Counted from the whole stretch's first letter, positions 24,731-38,350 are shown. The stretch: DNA of 63,523 nucleotides, filler included, from Choristocarpus tenellus KU-1152 (GCA_964200185.2; 10 parts of 10 records of this genome joined end to end with filler, not necessarily neighbours in it), one strand, 5' to 3'. The notes: a model not told the origin generated them from the letters alone. Numbers and translations are program-made.

Positions 24731-27241
24731 CATTTGGGAAGGATTCGAATTTTGGGTTACATCTGTGGTTTTGTGTGCATGTGTGTATAGGGGAGTGCTT
24801 GGCAAAGGGCCCATATGTGTCTAAACTTCCCACACATACACCAAGTATCTGTTTGTGGGCAAGTTTCGCATCGAAAGTCTGTAGTCTGTAGTGCTGAATC
24901 CCCGCCCTCTCACCCTTGATATGCCATCACACTCGATGTATATCCATCCATTTGAAACTCCTACTCCTTGACACTTTGTGTCCTGATAGGGCACTCAGAG
25001 AGGTGCATAGACTTTGGTCGCTCTTGCTTGATCTTGGAGGCACTGTTGAACAGTTGCACCATGAGATGCTGTGCGTAAATCATAACATCGAGGTTGCATC
25101 AAAACAAATTTATCCATTTGACTCGAACCTTGCTCACCATCTCCACAAACCGTTAAACAAGTCATAAACAAGGACGGGAATTATACTTTAAAGCGACAAG
25201 TAAACGTGGATTTTATAGTACCAACGTCGACCAACTCTGGGCATTGGAACTAGCTGTTCTGTTCAGGTTCAGTGAACAACATATAATTGATTTGTACACC
25301 ATTAACCCTTGTTTGAAACGTCACAGACATAGAACGGGTGCTTGAGATTGATGGAGAGGAGTGGATGAAATCGTCCTTAACCTCCATGGATACAAGAAAT
25401 ACACGAGCAAACTTGATAGTGGGCTGAAATTATGACTGAATGAGTTGGAAGTGTTGTGACCTCATCAGATTACTATTTCATGGCCCTAACTCCAGTCCTT
25501 GTCGTGGTATTGTGTAGTGCACTCCTTACTTTGATGTAGGCATCAAATATCGAAGTTGATCCCTTCGCAACTGATCTCATCTCTTCCTGCACAGGGGTGG
25601 AGCGCATGAAGCTTGAGCTGTGACGAACAGTAAGCCTGCATTATTGCTATTCATAAACAGCCCATGTATCTCCTCCTGTTGTTATACGCTGTATGTAGAG
25701 TTCTATACCCAACACTACAGTACCATCTCCGTCTGTGTGTTGCATAGAGTGCGTGGTTGTGATATGTACAGTTATTGACAGGTTGACTGCAGACTGCAGT
25801 AAGAATGCTTCCATTTCCCTTGGTGCATCCTTGCCATTGTGGGAAGTCACAGTTACATTGAGAATTAGGGAGCACACCACAGCATTCATGCACTTAGCGC
25901 TTCGTAGATGTTGCAAACCACATTACACCTGATCACAGCGAGAAACCCGTCAACAGTATGTGCAAGAAGGTACCCACACAATTTACCCTTGACGTCTTTC
26001 GTCGTCCGCATAGCTTTCGGTTTGTGCAATCGACGGTTGTACTCTCAACTCCTTGATCTCTCCTAGGACCTCCCACGCCATCCATCACCTACCTTCCAAA
26101 ACGAAATGTCTTCTGAACTCCTCACTCCTGTCTTAAAGAGTATCTACTACAGTAGTAAGTCTGACGTTTACTGTTGTGAGATGGTGGGTCCGTATAGAGC
26201 TGATCCACCCTGTGCAAGGTCATGGCTAGAGTTGCGCAACAACCACACACCGTAGTAGTGGAGAATAAGGAGGGGTTCTGGAGTTGAATTGCGTAGAAGA
26301 GTAGACACTACTTCTGGAGTGGGGCATATATTGCATGATGAGTGAAGAAGACAGTGTACCTATAACGTGCTGGCACAGGGACAATAGCTCTTTGAAAGCG
26401 GAGTATACCCCACACAGTCAATCGAATCCTCGTACTCTGTACATTGATCAGAAGTTTATTCACGGTTCATGCAAAGCAAGATTATGTGAGTGAGTTTCCT
26501 GATGACCTCGGTCTTTGCATATCCCCATCCTTCTATTGAACCAAGCTCTTCAGTACTCGACCTGATCATCCTTCAAACTGAGAATATTGTAGTGTCCCTC
26601 TCTGCTGTTGCGAGATACTTGGTTTATCCACACTGATTTTGGATGACATTTATATTCTCTGCAGAGCACCCCCTTTCACCCCACATCATGATACCTTCTT
26701 CAAATTGGACATCATTATGACGAGGCACCGTACATTGGAAATGGCAGAAAGGAAAGAACCCTGCACACCACTTCAAGAAACTACAGAAGGATTTAAAGGT
26801 TTTATGCCTCAACGCTACCTAGCCAGGGTGACCCAAAGGGACTGAGCTCTGGGTCCGTAACGTTTTATGAACAGCCAGCCTGATCTTCTAAAAGATACAT
26901 CAACGACGATTGTCAGCCGTCCTGTATTGTCTCTTTTTTTTCCCCATTTTTTCACTTTTCATTGATTTCTGATTCCTATTGTCTATTTTAGTATTATGCC
27001 CTCTGACACTTTGCAGATGTGTCAGGGGGAAAACCAATGCAAAATATACATGTCATTATTAGCCCTAAAGAAAAAAAAAATCCTAAACGTGAGAACACTA
27101 TAAAGCACTGTAAGTGCGAAAACCACTAATAATCTATCAGTNNNNNNNNNNNNNNNNNNNNNNNNNNNNNNNNNNNNNNNNNNNNTTAATTAATTAANNN
27201 NNNNNNNNNNNNNNNNNNNNNNNNNNNNNNNNNNNNNNNNN

Positions 27242-27473
27242 TTTGCCCTGTTTGTCCGTTTGGGGCTTGGCTTCTCATGGATTTTTTTTTGGCATTTTCC
27301 TACTCCAAAATGTTTGTGCAGTAGGTAAAATGTGTACGTCGTGAAAGAGCGTGTTCAGAACAAGGGTATTGACACTTCCCAAGAAACAAGATATTCAAAA
27401 TTAAATCGAAATCGCAACTTTGGAACTTGGCCCCCAAATGGACGTGGCTGTACCCTCTAAGATACTTTGGCTC
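27242..27473 (-). mobile_element. MITE family A copy (reverse, one end lost in the gap), apparently inserted into another family A copy
   Basis: Ends TACCCTCTAAGATACTTTGGCTC, then the sequence resumes mid-element (TTTCCTACTCCAAAATGTTTCGGAGTAGG). Confidence 0.85.
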
Positions 27474-27649
27474 TTTCCTACTCCAAAATGTTTCGGAGTA
27501 GGTAAAATGTATTCATTACGAAAAGGTGTGTCCAAACAAGGATATTGACATATCCAAACAAAAACGGTTGCCAAAGTTGCATCAAAATCACAACATTTGA
27601 TTGTGACCCCCAAATGGACGTGGCTCTACCCTCTAAGATACTTTGACTC
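27474..27649 (-). mobile_element. MITE family A half copy (host of the self-insertion)
   Basis: Runs from the central hairpin to TACCCTCTAAGATACTTTGACTC. Confidence 0.85.
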
Positions 27650-27663
27650 TCCAACCTGACACT

Positions 27664-27840
27664 GGCTCAAAGTATCTGGGGGGGGTGGCGGCTGTCCAAT
27701 TGGGGGCAAATTTTTCATGTCGCAATTTTTGGGTGATTTGGTTGCGTATGTCGAATGGATAAAGAAAGTGCACTTTTCCTGGTTTTGGTTCAAATGGACA
27801 CTCTGGTGTAGACCCCCCACCCCCGAAGATATTTTGGGTC
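27664..27840 (+). mobile_element. MITE family B, uninterrupted ~177-bp copy
   Basis: GGCTCAAAGTATCTGGGGG ... CCCCGAAGATATTTTGGGTC; flanks share (C)ACT. Confidence 0.85.
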
Positions 27841-27999
27841 ACTCCCTTGGGTACCTCTTCGCTCAGGACTTATCGTTTCTTTGGAGCAGGCTCTTCTGAA
27901 GACCCAAGTGGGGAGTCATCGGCGTAGGGGTCGATCCCGAGCTCGTCTTCCTCTTGAGGTCGTTCATGACCTGCACAGCGACCTCCAGGATAGCCATTT

Positions 28000-30670
28000 T
28001 GATGAGGACATCCTTGGTGTGCATTCTCCTCAAGTATGCCCTTTTAATTTTCCACGGTTGTGAAGCCCATACTTCTTCGGCCTGGGCGGCAGACCCAAGG
28101 TCCGGATCTCCGTCCCTTGGTCTGTTCTTCTTTCCCTTTCCTTGCCCTCTTCTTTTTTCCTTGGTCGGGATTGGCTGGGGGTCGTTTGTTCCGGATGCCC
28201 CCTAGAGTGGTGTGTCATGGAGGGGCGCATGGATAGCGGAATGGTAAATAACATGTATGACATGGGTGTCTGCCTCACGAGGCACAAACTTGGCGGGGGT
28301 ATATGCGGCTGTTGCAGGGTCAGCAGGAGGTATATGCGCATAAATATGTACGTTGGGCGAATCATCATAGTCAAAGCTTGACTTACCCATTCCTCTGGAG
28401 ATGTCTCCGTCCCGACAACATACGACAATGAGAGCGCGTCAGTAGGTAGTCTTTTGGCTGCCTACTCTGAGAAGACATGCGCAGCCACTTCCACAATATC
28501 ACGCCAGCGCTGGCCTTGGGGGGTCTCCCCTCTGAGGATGGATAGTCCAGCTCCAGAGAGGACATTAGTGTACGTTCTTGCGAAGTGCTTCTCCTTGATC
28601 TGGTCTGTGAGCTACATGTATAGGTGGGCAATCGTGTTCCGTTAGGAACCCGGGAAAGAACATGCTTTGAGGATGTGAAGGATTTTGGGTTAACAAGATA
28701 TCGATCGAAGAAAGGTTTGCAGGGGATGCGTGTTGTGCTGTAGAACCCCATGGGCTTAGGGTTCGACGCGTGGGGACGTGTTGGGAATGTTTAACCCACC
28801 TGCAATTCTTGAGGGATTCGATGGTGGCGTCCGGGTTAGCATACCACAGTACAGTGAACATGTGAACCGCCCTAATGTCGAATTTGTCCTGGTCGGGTGC
28901 GCGTTAGGTGTGCGGAGGATAAGGTCACATGATCAGGACAGAAGCACGTGGGAATGGGAGTGGGTATGTTGGTTAATGGCGTATCTCATATCACCGATGG
29001 CGATACACATGTATAAATCGTCCATTCATGTTCAGTCTGTGAAACCAGGGGTTAGTAAGGTATTGTTGGACCGGTATTGGATGTCGAAATGTTGAGATGA
29101 CTGCACTGCGCTTACGCTGGAGCCGTCGCGCTTCTTGTGTTCTCTCCACACACCGAGAAGGATGTCCTCCAGCTCTTTTGTTTCTGGTGGAACATAGTGA
29201 GGGGAAGAAAGGGATTGGGTTAGTTGGATCACCAATGCCGAATTAATATGGACATGGGCGACGAAAAGTAGGCGATGCTTCGTAATCGTTTCATGAATCG
29301 TTTCCAGGGAAGGAGCCATGAGAACCTCACCTTCTCCCGCGCATATCTGCACAATGGTGACGATCGAATTGTAGAACTGGGTGGATGTTTGGTCGCCGAG
29401 TCTTTTCATCCCAGTTTCCATGAGTGTGTCCTCCAACACTTCCGTGAGGAATGCCTTTATTTTCGCAGCAACCCTCCTCCTTATTGCCGTCTGGAACGCG
29501 GTGTCGGCACTCCGGAAGTCTATGTCTCCCAGACAGTATTGGTTGCATCGGGTTAGCAATGTCGTCATGCGCATGCGAAGCTCAGAGTCCTCACCTGTCA
29601 CACCTGAAGTCACGCTTACACTCCATGATAGCTGCAACCCAACACACCATCCAATGGAATATGTCGAGGATATTAGGCACGTGTGATCTACTGGGCACCA
29701 CACTCTCTCCTATCGATATGGATTCAGCCTCCTTCTCGCGACTGCTGTGTGAAAATATCTTCCACATGAACCTCATGTCCTCACCTATCTGGAGGTTCGC
29801 TCCGACGTCTGAGGTCCATTGCATTGTGACGTGGGCTGGGAGGTTGAAGCTACATGGAATATTATCCTCCTTCGTTACGCAATCGATGACCCTAAGGAGC
29901 ATGATCCTATGCTGTCCATTCAGACAAAACAAGACGTTATCTCTGTCGTCCAGATCCCTAACGTCGCCATCCTCATCTAGTTCCAGGTTGTCGTTCGCAA
30001 TGTCGTGCGCAAGCAGTTTGCTGTTGGACACACCAGAGGGTACCTTTGCTCTGTGCATGTCGGCCTTGAACTTACGGATCGTTTTCCATCACGAGCACAA
30101 AGAGAAAGGCTGTCCACTCAGGATCCCTGCGAGCTTATCGACGGAAGAGAAAGGCTGTCCACTCAGATTCCCTGCGAGCTTATCGACGGCAACTTGTGGG
30201 TCCGGGCCCAGCTTTGAAAACATTGACTGTACCCTCTCCTTATCAAGGAGATTAGTATTGTACCTCTGGGACAAGGAAGCAGATGTGGCCAGGTTGACCG
30301 TACGGGTCACGCTGAGGTTTAACGTGATCAACTCTGTCGTCCTTTCCTCTTCAGGTTTCTTTGGGCCTCCGGCCGACTGCCTGTGAAGGTAGGGGGGGAT
30401 ATCTTACGACAACGATATCAGCAAACAAGAAGGATGTCGACGCAGGAACGGATACTATTGTCGGGTGATGACAGCAAGGGTATTGTTGTATAAACAGTGA
30501 CAGAGTATGTGAGCAATGATGACGGGATCTGTAGGGAGTGCGAGGTTTATGTCCATGCATGGGCTAGGCAAACGTGAGATGATATGGGCAAAGATCTGCG
30601 TACGGTATTGGTGTGTTCTCATATTCAATATTCCTTCTATGTTGGCGGGGTTTACCGTTCGACGCATGTT
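28000..30670 (-). pseudogene. Intron-less decayed ORF with a ParB/DGQHR-like motif
   Basis: ORFs 30455-30667, 30089-30331 and 29591-30058 share one frame broken only by point stops. They contain RYNTNLLDKERVQSMFSKL ... NVLFCLNGQHRIMLLR. A frameshift leads into 29032-29703. No AT-rich introns were seen. Confidence 0.4.
30101..30190. repeat. 45-bp in-frame tandem duplication
   Basis: AGAGAAAGGCTGTCCACTCAG(GA/AT)TCCCTGCGAGCTTATCGACGG x2; encodes VDKLAG(N/I)LSGQPFS twice on the minus strand. Confidence 0.9.
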
Positions 30671-32736
30671 CGCAAATAGCAGCAGTCTCCACGGAAAACG
30701 CTACGCCGTCCTCATGACGACAACAGCTCTAGGACTTCAAGGTCATAATGGGGTTGCAAACCACCAATAAGACCCATTGCCGGCGACAGTTTTCTTGGAC
30801 ACAATTTTGAACGGAACACACGGTTACCTTTCCAACTACCCACCCTAGTCAAGCCTGTGGATACGATGCCCATCCCACAGAGGGGCGTTGGTTGTTTAGT
30901 ATTTGATGGGTTGTACTGATGATGTATGGTATGTTATTTGCTCTTACCTATGTAATACTGTTTTGGCAACGTGTTGTGTGTGAACTAAATAGCCACATAC
31001 ATCCTGAATGAAGGTTCTCCAAGGCAAACGTTTGAGTATAAGTCAGTTACTGTGTAACAGCCTCTCAGCAAAATTGAGGATGGAGCATACCATGGAGGAT
31101 GGGTTTGACCCAAAATGNNNNNNNNNNNNNNNNNNNNNNNNNNNNNNNNNNNNNNNNNNNNTTAATTAATTAANNNNNNNNNNNNNNNNNNNNNNNNNNN
31201 NNNNNNNNNNNNNNNNNTCTACGGCTCACCCTGAGGGGGGGCGCCAGCTCATCCAGAACTGCTATACCTGTGTGCCTAGACACTCGAACCTTTCCACTGC
31301 AAGGTGTTGAGGAAAGCTACAAGGAAGCTCGAAGGATCCCTCATTGTGGTTGCGTTTCCAAGCCTCCGCTACAGAAACAACAGCAACATCGTTCTTCAAT
31401 TATATTTCTTTATGTGACAATCAGGTTGGACATATGTTAAGGAAGCATCTAGGAGGAGTCCTTTTTTTTCCAGGTATAGGGAGCAATGTTTGCTCTGGAC
31501 AGTTGCCTCAGCATGAAATACAGAAGAATGCGAAAATTCTGGTTAACAGGGAAGGGAGTCCCATCCGCCTGCAGACACTTCCTAGTTGCCTGACCATTGG
31601 TGTGTGCTGCCACACTTGCCCGCTAGTTGCTCAAGTGCATATGCGTGCACGCCTAGAATCGATGCCTTGTCTTCTGCATCCAGTCACCAGGCAGCAGTTG
31701 GACAGTACTTCCTCCCCCCAAAAAATAGTTGGTCGTGAGGCGAAATTGGGAATGCTAGTTCAAGGGGTTGAGTGTTTGTGCACGTATTGATGTACAGGTA
31801 GGCACGAATGTTCCATTCCATTGTGGTTGGTTGCTAAGTGGTCGCTCAAAATCAAATTTCCTGGGGAAGAAAGCCTGACCTCAATTGGGTTTGAATGTGT
31901 GCATTTGTTTCAGAAACTGATCAACTAGCACGAATGAGCTCTGAGGGCGTTTTTATTCGGAGTGTTTGTCATCATCACCCTTACATAAGAGTACCGATCA
32001 AAACACACCTGGAAAATATAGCACTCACGAAACACACCTTAAAACTTCAGCATTGTATACAACGAAGCACTGATAAAGACAGCGGGCATTATAGAAAATG
32101 AAAAATGACTCAGAGCAGTGTCGTGAACAACATGTGTTGTAGAGGAAATGATGTGATTCCAAGCGTTATTCAGGACTAAGGATGTTACTGAGAAAATGAG
32201 CTGAAATATCTTCTGGGCAATCAGAGAGCCTTATCAAGCAAAGGTTACCGAACATTGCTATGACAACGGACGTTGTGCACAAGCCTTGTGCTAGACAACA
32301 GTTGCTACAGAGAGAAAATATAGAGTCGGGCGTTCTATGCACAATGGACGTTATAAAGCAACCTGCTGAAAGAGTTTTCATCATGGATAACATATGTTAT
32401 AGGCTGAATATGGCTGAAAATTCTAAGGTAGCAATCAACTTTTTCTGCTGTGTGTATTACATCTCAACAATATGTTCTGAACTAATAGATCCAAGGATGC
32501 GTGAGTTGGTAGGAAAAAACCCCGAGTGACATGTAATGGATATGTAACAATGGTATGAAGAACTTCTTCAACAAGGTGAATAAGAATGAGGTGGTGATCG
32601 TTGGCGTTCCCTGTGGGATATTGACCGGGTAGGACCTTGGAATATTTGCAATTCACTAAGAGCAGCTCCATTTCAGCATCAAACTACATGGTCCACAGTG
32701 TGTCCCTGCCAACCAGAGGATTCCCTGACACATATG

Positions 32737-33010
32737 GAGTAAAAGTATCTTAGAGGGTACGGCCGCGCCTATTTGGAGACCAAAATCCAATGTTGCCATT
32801 TTGATGTAATTTTGGCTATCGCGTTTGTGAGGAAGTGTCAATATCCTTGTTCTCCAGACACACCTTTTCATATTTTTATACATGAGATCTACTCCAAAAC
32901 GTATACACTTTACCAATTCCAAAACAAAAATATCTTAAGAAACTGGTGGGAAGCCAAGCCCCAAACGCACGAACAGGGCAAAACTCGTACCCTCTAAGAT
33001 ACTTTTACTC
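32737..33010 (+). mobile_element. MITE family A copy, TSD TATG/CATG
   Basis: GAGTAAAAGTATCTTAGAGGGTAC ... GTACCCTCTAAGATACTTTTACTC (perfect 24-bp TIR). Confidence 0.9.
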
Positions 33011-33683
33011 CATGGTGTGTGGGGTCAACATATATTCTATACGTAAAATTGCGAACTATCGCATTCATGGAAATATTTATACTTACACCTTTTGACAGCT
33101 TTTTTCAGTCATTTATTTTAGAGTGATACCATCTAAGATAGGTGTAATGTTGAGTTTTAAGGGCCCTACGACTGACTTGTCGTACGTGTGTTTAGAAGGT
33201 TGTCGAGGGCGTTTTCAGCACACAATTTTCTCACGGCTAATCTTATCTTCTACAGCACACTATCTTTGAAAAGGCCGTTTTCTGTCGGCAATTGGAGCGG
33301 CATCCCATTTTACTTTTTGGGGGTTTGGGACAGGGAATTCTGGACAAAATATCCCCGTTTGACATTTTGTCGGCATTCGGACGGCTGACTGCATTCCAGG
33401 CATGGACCGGGACTATACACTGCACAAGGTTGAAAAAGGCTGAAAGGCTTGAAAAGGGTCAAAATCGAACCCTGACCCCCCTTTTGGACGGTTCCACTCC
33501 CAGGGCTTTATAAGGGACGAGGTAACTGTGGCGGGGCTGGACTGCAAGCTGGCTTGGTAAGAACATTTTCTGAAAAACCCTGGCCAGGACGAAAGGGAGA
33601 TCAACAAGGGCCAGGCCATGAGTCAACTTGCTATTATACATGTATATATTTCAAAGGGTCGGACTGGGGCCTCTAACGGCTTT

Positions 33684-33830
33684 GGCTCAAAGTATCTATT
33701 CGGGTCCCATTTTTTATATGACGCAATTTTTGATCATTTGGTTGCATGCGTCGGATGGATATTGTAAGTGCACTTTTCCTGGCCAGGGTCCGAATGGACA
33801 CCCTGGTGTAGACCCCCCCCCCCCCCCCCC
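33684..33830 (+). mobile_element. MITE family B copy, right end garbled after a poly-C run
   Basis: GGCTCAAAGTATCT...TTTGGTTGCATGCGTCGGATGGATA...TGCACTTTTCCTGG...ATGGACACCCTGGTGTAGACCCCC. Confidence 0.8.
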
Positions 33831-34643
33831 CCCCAACCTTTTTATTTTAAGAGGGGGGAGGGGCGGGGCCCCCCTGGTAAATATATACTCTGGAGTACTA
33901 AGAAAAGGTCCGGACTGAGTCTCAGTATGAATGCCAGGTGGGTTCTTGGGCTGGTTGGGCTGGCCAGATGGTTTGCATGTAAATTGCGAATTTTTCTGTG
34001 AATTTCGAACTTGTAAGAATATATATTTTGTCAGCCTTCTAAGTCATGTCATACGAACATACTTGCAATTATACATACAAACATACAATAGTAATATAAA
34101 ACAGAATAAAACATCTGTAGTAAACAAAAGTGGTAATCACATCAATAACCAGCCCAAAATATAAAAAAAGTATTTGGCGAGTCACCCAAGGTAAAATGGG
34201 ATTTACCTGGGCTGGCCCTGGACATCCGTCTTTTAACACAGTCAGACCATTGGCCGGTCCTGTTATGTTACAGCGTGCCCCTCAGAACTCACCTCCACAG
34301 GATATGCAACTCAAATCCAACAACATTATAAAACGACACTACAGGGGGGGTCCACAGATGATGACCATGGTACTAGCTACACAGGATAAGTGACATAGTA
34401 CGATGTAACGGCAGGACACGTTTTGATGTTTCAGCTGAAATATGCAATAAACAATAAGTAATAAGAGATGCACCCCCCCACCACCGAGGGCTGTGCTCAC
34501 TCCGCTAATAAATACATCCGTACGACACAATGCAAATACTCTACTTGAGTAGCTCTCTTTTGCAAAAGGTTAATAGCCTCACACGATTCCCCTTCGCAAG
34601 GGAATAGGGTATAAGCCCCATTGGTATGTAAGCGGACCCCCGT

Positions 34644-34922
34644 ATGCTGCCACTATGGAGTGGAGCGCGGGGGCATACACGGGAGAAGTGGGCAGAATGG
34701 TGGATGGCGCTGGTGAGCTATGCGGGCGGCAAGAGACTGTACTGCATCCTACAATCAGCATACCGCATTCCTGCACCTCCCACAGCTGATACATCATTCG
34801 AGGAACGCTGCGCATATGATAAATACGTCAGGCATCGCGAAGCCTTGTGGTTCCTGCTGGGACAGGCCACGAGGGGTGCTGCAGCTATGGTGGTCAGCTT
34901 GTATGGTCAACACGTACGAGAG
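34644..34922 (+). mobile_element. Possible N-terminus of a Copia-type Gag (runs into the gap)
   Basis: LPLWSG...EKWAEWWMALVSYAGGKRLYCIL...EERCAYDKY...LWFLLGQATRGAAAMVV resembles the P.F.G...W.EW...L..IL....LW..L...T.G.A..VV pattern of Copia Gag. Recognised by eye only. Confidence 0.4.
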
Positions 34923-35689
34923 NNNNNNNNNNNNNNNNNNNNNNNNNNNNNNNNNNNNNNNNNNNNTTAATTAATTAANNNNNNNNNNNNNNNNNNNNNN
35001 NNNNNNNNNNNNNNNNNNNNNNTAGAAAAAAATTAGTTTGGAATCAGTTGGCATGCATGTACTCGAAGAGGAATTATTGCTAGCGTTTGTGTGTGGAGGG
35101 GGGTAGGTAGGGGGTCAGGAATTTTTCAGCAGTATGGAAAAACAGAGCAAGTAGCATGTGCACTTCCAATCCTTGAAACAATTTTCTCCCTGGACAGCAA
35201 CAGGCTACTTGGAGGAGACTGTCAAGAGTCTCTCAGATATCACACTTGATGTCATGCCTTCCCACACCTCCCAAGCCGCACCTTGCCAGTAACCAGACCA
35301 TACACAAAGTCAGGTAGGTAAATCTTAGACAACAAAAAAAACACAAAAAATAGCATTATAACAAAAAAAACACGTATATTAATATTCAACAATGCTAGAA
35401 CATAGAAAAAAAATCATAGGGGGAGGGGGGATGGACTTTCCATCATCTCTTTTGGAGTACTACTACAATATCACTGTGACAAAACGCTGTAGCTTCAATT
35501 GAGTGCCCAACGTGTTGCAAATAAACTACAGACCCGACTGTATTTCTGTAAAGTATATTGCAATCAAAATTCCAATCAACTACAAAATAATAATAAAAAA
35601 TACGAGCCAATATCCAACATCCATAGTCAACAATACTCTAAGCAAAGAACATATATTTTTTTAATTCGTCAATAAGCCTCACTCACTCT

Positions 35690-36223
35690 ACCCTCTTCCC
35701 CCCATTGCAATCAATGCTCTCTCTCCACCTTTGAGGTGATGTTGGCAGAGAAGACACAGGTCACCCCTGCCAGTTCCCCTTCCAATCGATCCACCCATCG
35801 ACTCTTTAGCTCCTCATCACCAGTCACCCACGGTTCAGCCTGCATTGGAAAATATCAACGGCAATGGAGGGGGGGGGGGGATTCCCTATGAGTTGCATTG
35901 GCAACTTCACAATACAATAATAAACACAACACCAGAAGAGATACATTCAAGAATATTCTTACCAACAAACACAAAACAATTAAATAAAAAAATCCCCTCT
36001 GATGGCACAATTCGGGCTTCAGCACATGATCACAACTCACTATAATATACACAAAATAATTCATTTCCATGACAACCAGAAAGATAAACTGTAGAAATTG
36101 TCACCTCTACATAGCCCCCTGATTTGGACTACATATCAAAATAAAAATGAAACTGCCGCCTACAGTTTGCACCCAGTTTTGAGCAAGTGGATCTTGTGAA
36201 CGGTGCCATTGTGTATACATACA

Positions 36224-36257
<34 letters not shown>

Positions 36258-36591
36258 CATACATATATACATACATATATACATACATACATACATACAT
36301 ACATACATACGTGAACGCCCTCACAAGAGTCACCCGCAACAGCTGTCAAACCACCAAACTGTGAAAAGGCATTACTTTTTTGAGTGACTCTTTGAAGGAG
36401 TCGCATAGTTTTGTAAATAACGGAAATGAGGACCCCAAGGAACAGTGGATTCTTGGTACAAATGTTGCAATACAAGAACAGCGTATCTCTATGACTAACA
36501 GCACCAATGGAAATGACCACAACGATCTTATGAGCAGTGGTCATCAACCAGGACCTTTACATCTGGTCGTTCATCCTCCCAAACACAATTG

Positions 36592-36627
<36 letters not shown>

Positions 36628-38170
36628 CGGCAAAGCCTCCACAAGGAACAGAAAACGGCATAGAGACAACACAGGTGATGCATGTCCTACCCTAATCACC
36701 CAAATAACAAAGCTAAGCACAGGTGGCAATATCGTTGAAACTATCGGGCAAGCTATGAAATGCACCAACACAGCCCACTTTACCGTTGTCTCAAGATCAG
36801 CATCCAGGGCTAAGGGCACTCGAGGAACCCCCATCTCAGTTTTTTATTGTATGTGACAAGCACACGGGTACACTATTTTCAACAAAACTCACTATCTCTC
36901 CAAGCCTGCCACCTAAAATTGAGGGTGCAAGCTCACAAATCCCCACAAAAAGAAAGTGTTGGGGGGGGGCATGATTTAAGGCCAAACTGTTCCAGGTGGA
37001 CTTTCATCAATTTCCACTGAGCAACACCATAAATGAATCCCACACAAGGTTATCATGATATGTACAGACACCCCCTACTTTGGTGGCATCTACATTGTGT
37101 TACAAGATATGCCAATACCAAGGGGTTTCAACGGTGCCAAACAGAGTGAGGAAGTGCTTAGTAAAACAATTCGTCCATATGTCAACATGCCATTCACATA
37201 AAAGATGTACCATTCCTAGATGAGATTAAAACACCATTTCAACTAGAAGTCAGACAGAAAAGCCCAGGATACTCCTGTCACATGAAAAAGCTACATTGGA
37301 ATTACTATTGAACCACTCATCATATTACATTTTTGAAAAGAAAAACTATAAATCAGATGTTAAAAACAAAAACTAACTTGGAATTCCACAACCAAATAAA
37401 CCACTGACTGAAACCTACCATACACAACACCTCCAAAATCCCGAGCACACATCAACACTACAACAAACTATAATCTAATCGACCTCTTCACATCCCCAAC
37501 CAAGTCCAAAGTGAAAAAAACACCCAAATAACTAACAAATAAAAAATAATAGCCCCCTCCCCCCTACACTCCCCTTTCAACACACACACACACACCACTA
37601 GCCAACTTCAACTTCAACACAACCGTACCACAAAAACTACCCCCACCCACCTGCATATTGAGCAGAAATAAACAATCCCGTCCATTCTTGGAATATTTCC
37701 GGTCCAATGGATCCACCGGATTTGGCAGAAGAAACGATCCCCGTTCTTTTCCCTCTGAAGCCTCAGAAACCTCAGTGGGTAACACTAACACTGGGAATGG
37801 TTGAGCGCCCTTCAGCCCCCCAACACCAGACCCAGTGCCTCCTTGTTCATCCTCATCTCTTGCACCCTGTCTACCCACATCACCTCCCTCCGCATGCTCA
37901 ACGCTGTCTTCTGCCACCACCCCCCCCCCCCCCCCCGCTTCCTCCAGAACATCAACCTCAGGAAGGAACCTAGATGTTGACGACAGTTGTCCTTTTCCCT
38001 CAAACCCGAAGTTTCCACCCCCAGAATAACCCCTTTCCTCTGTGCTGCTCATCGACATCAAATTCATGAAGGCTGAAGAGGTAGGGGCACTGTTACCACT
38101 AACATGACTGCCCCCATAAGGGGAATCAAGGCTTGTCAGGCGTTTTGGTTCTCTGCAGCGAGGAGCAGTG
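35690..38170 (-). CDS. Multi-exon gene of unknown function (large low-complexity exon ~38170-37651 plus probable downstream exons ~37215-37120, ~36520-36311, ~35839-35730)
   Basis: A 240-aa G/E/S-rich ORF ends PVDPLDRKYSKNGRDCLFLLNMQ at CAG|GTGGGG. The next AG-bounded block reads EWYIFYVNGMLTYGRIVLLST in phase. No family recognised; downstream exon limits are uncertain. Confidence 0.4.
36213..36310. repeat. (TACA/TATA)n microsatellite
   Basis: Direct inspection. Confidence 0.95.
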
Positions 38171-38319
38171 TAAATTTTGAGCAAGTTAGGGAGGGAATGA
38201 GTGCTGGGATGATGTCTAGGATGAGTTAAGTGCAGTGAAGGGGCAAAGGGGGGGGGCAGAAGATGGAGTTCAGAACCTCCACACATATAGATGTACGTAC
38301 ATGTGGGGCTTGAGGGGCA

Positions 38320-38350
<31 letters not shown>

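Noticed and set aside
25200-26850. Coding-like decayed sequence downstream of dynein (possible hAT C-terminus)
   Set aside because: Only vague similarity with multiple stops; cannot be supported without a search.
29451-30386. 311-aa plus-strand ORF
   Set aside because: Ser-rich and most likely the antisense shadow of the minus-strand ParB-like frame.
31218-32700. Several short ORFs, possibly a transposase remnant
   Set aside because: No catalytic motif could be confirmed by eye.
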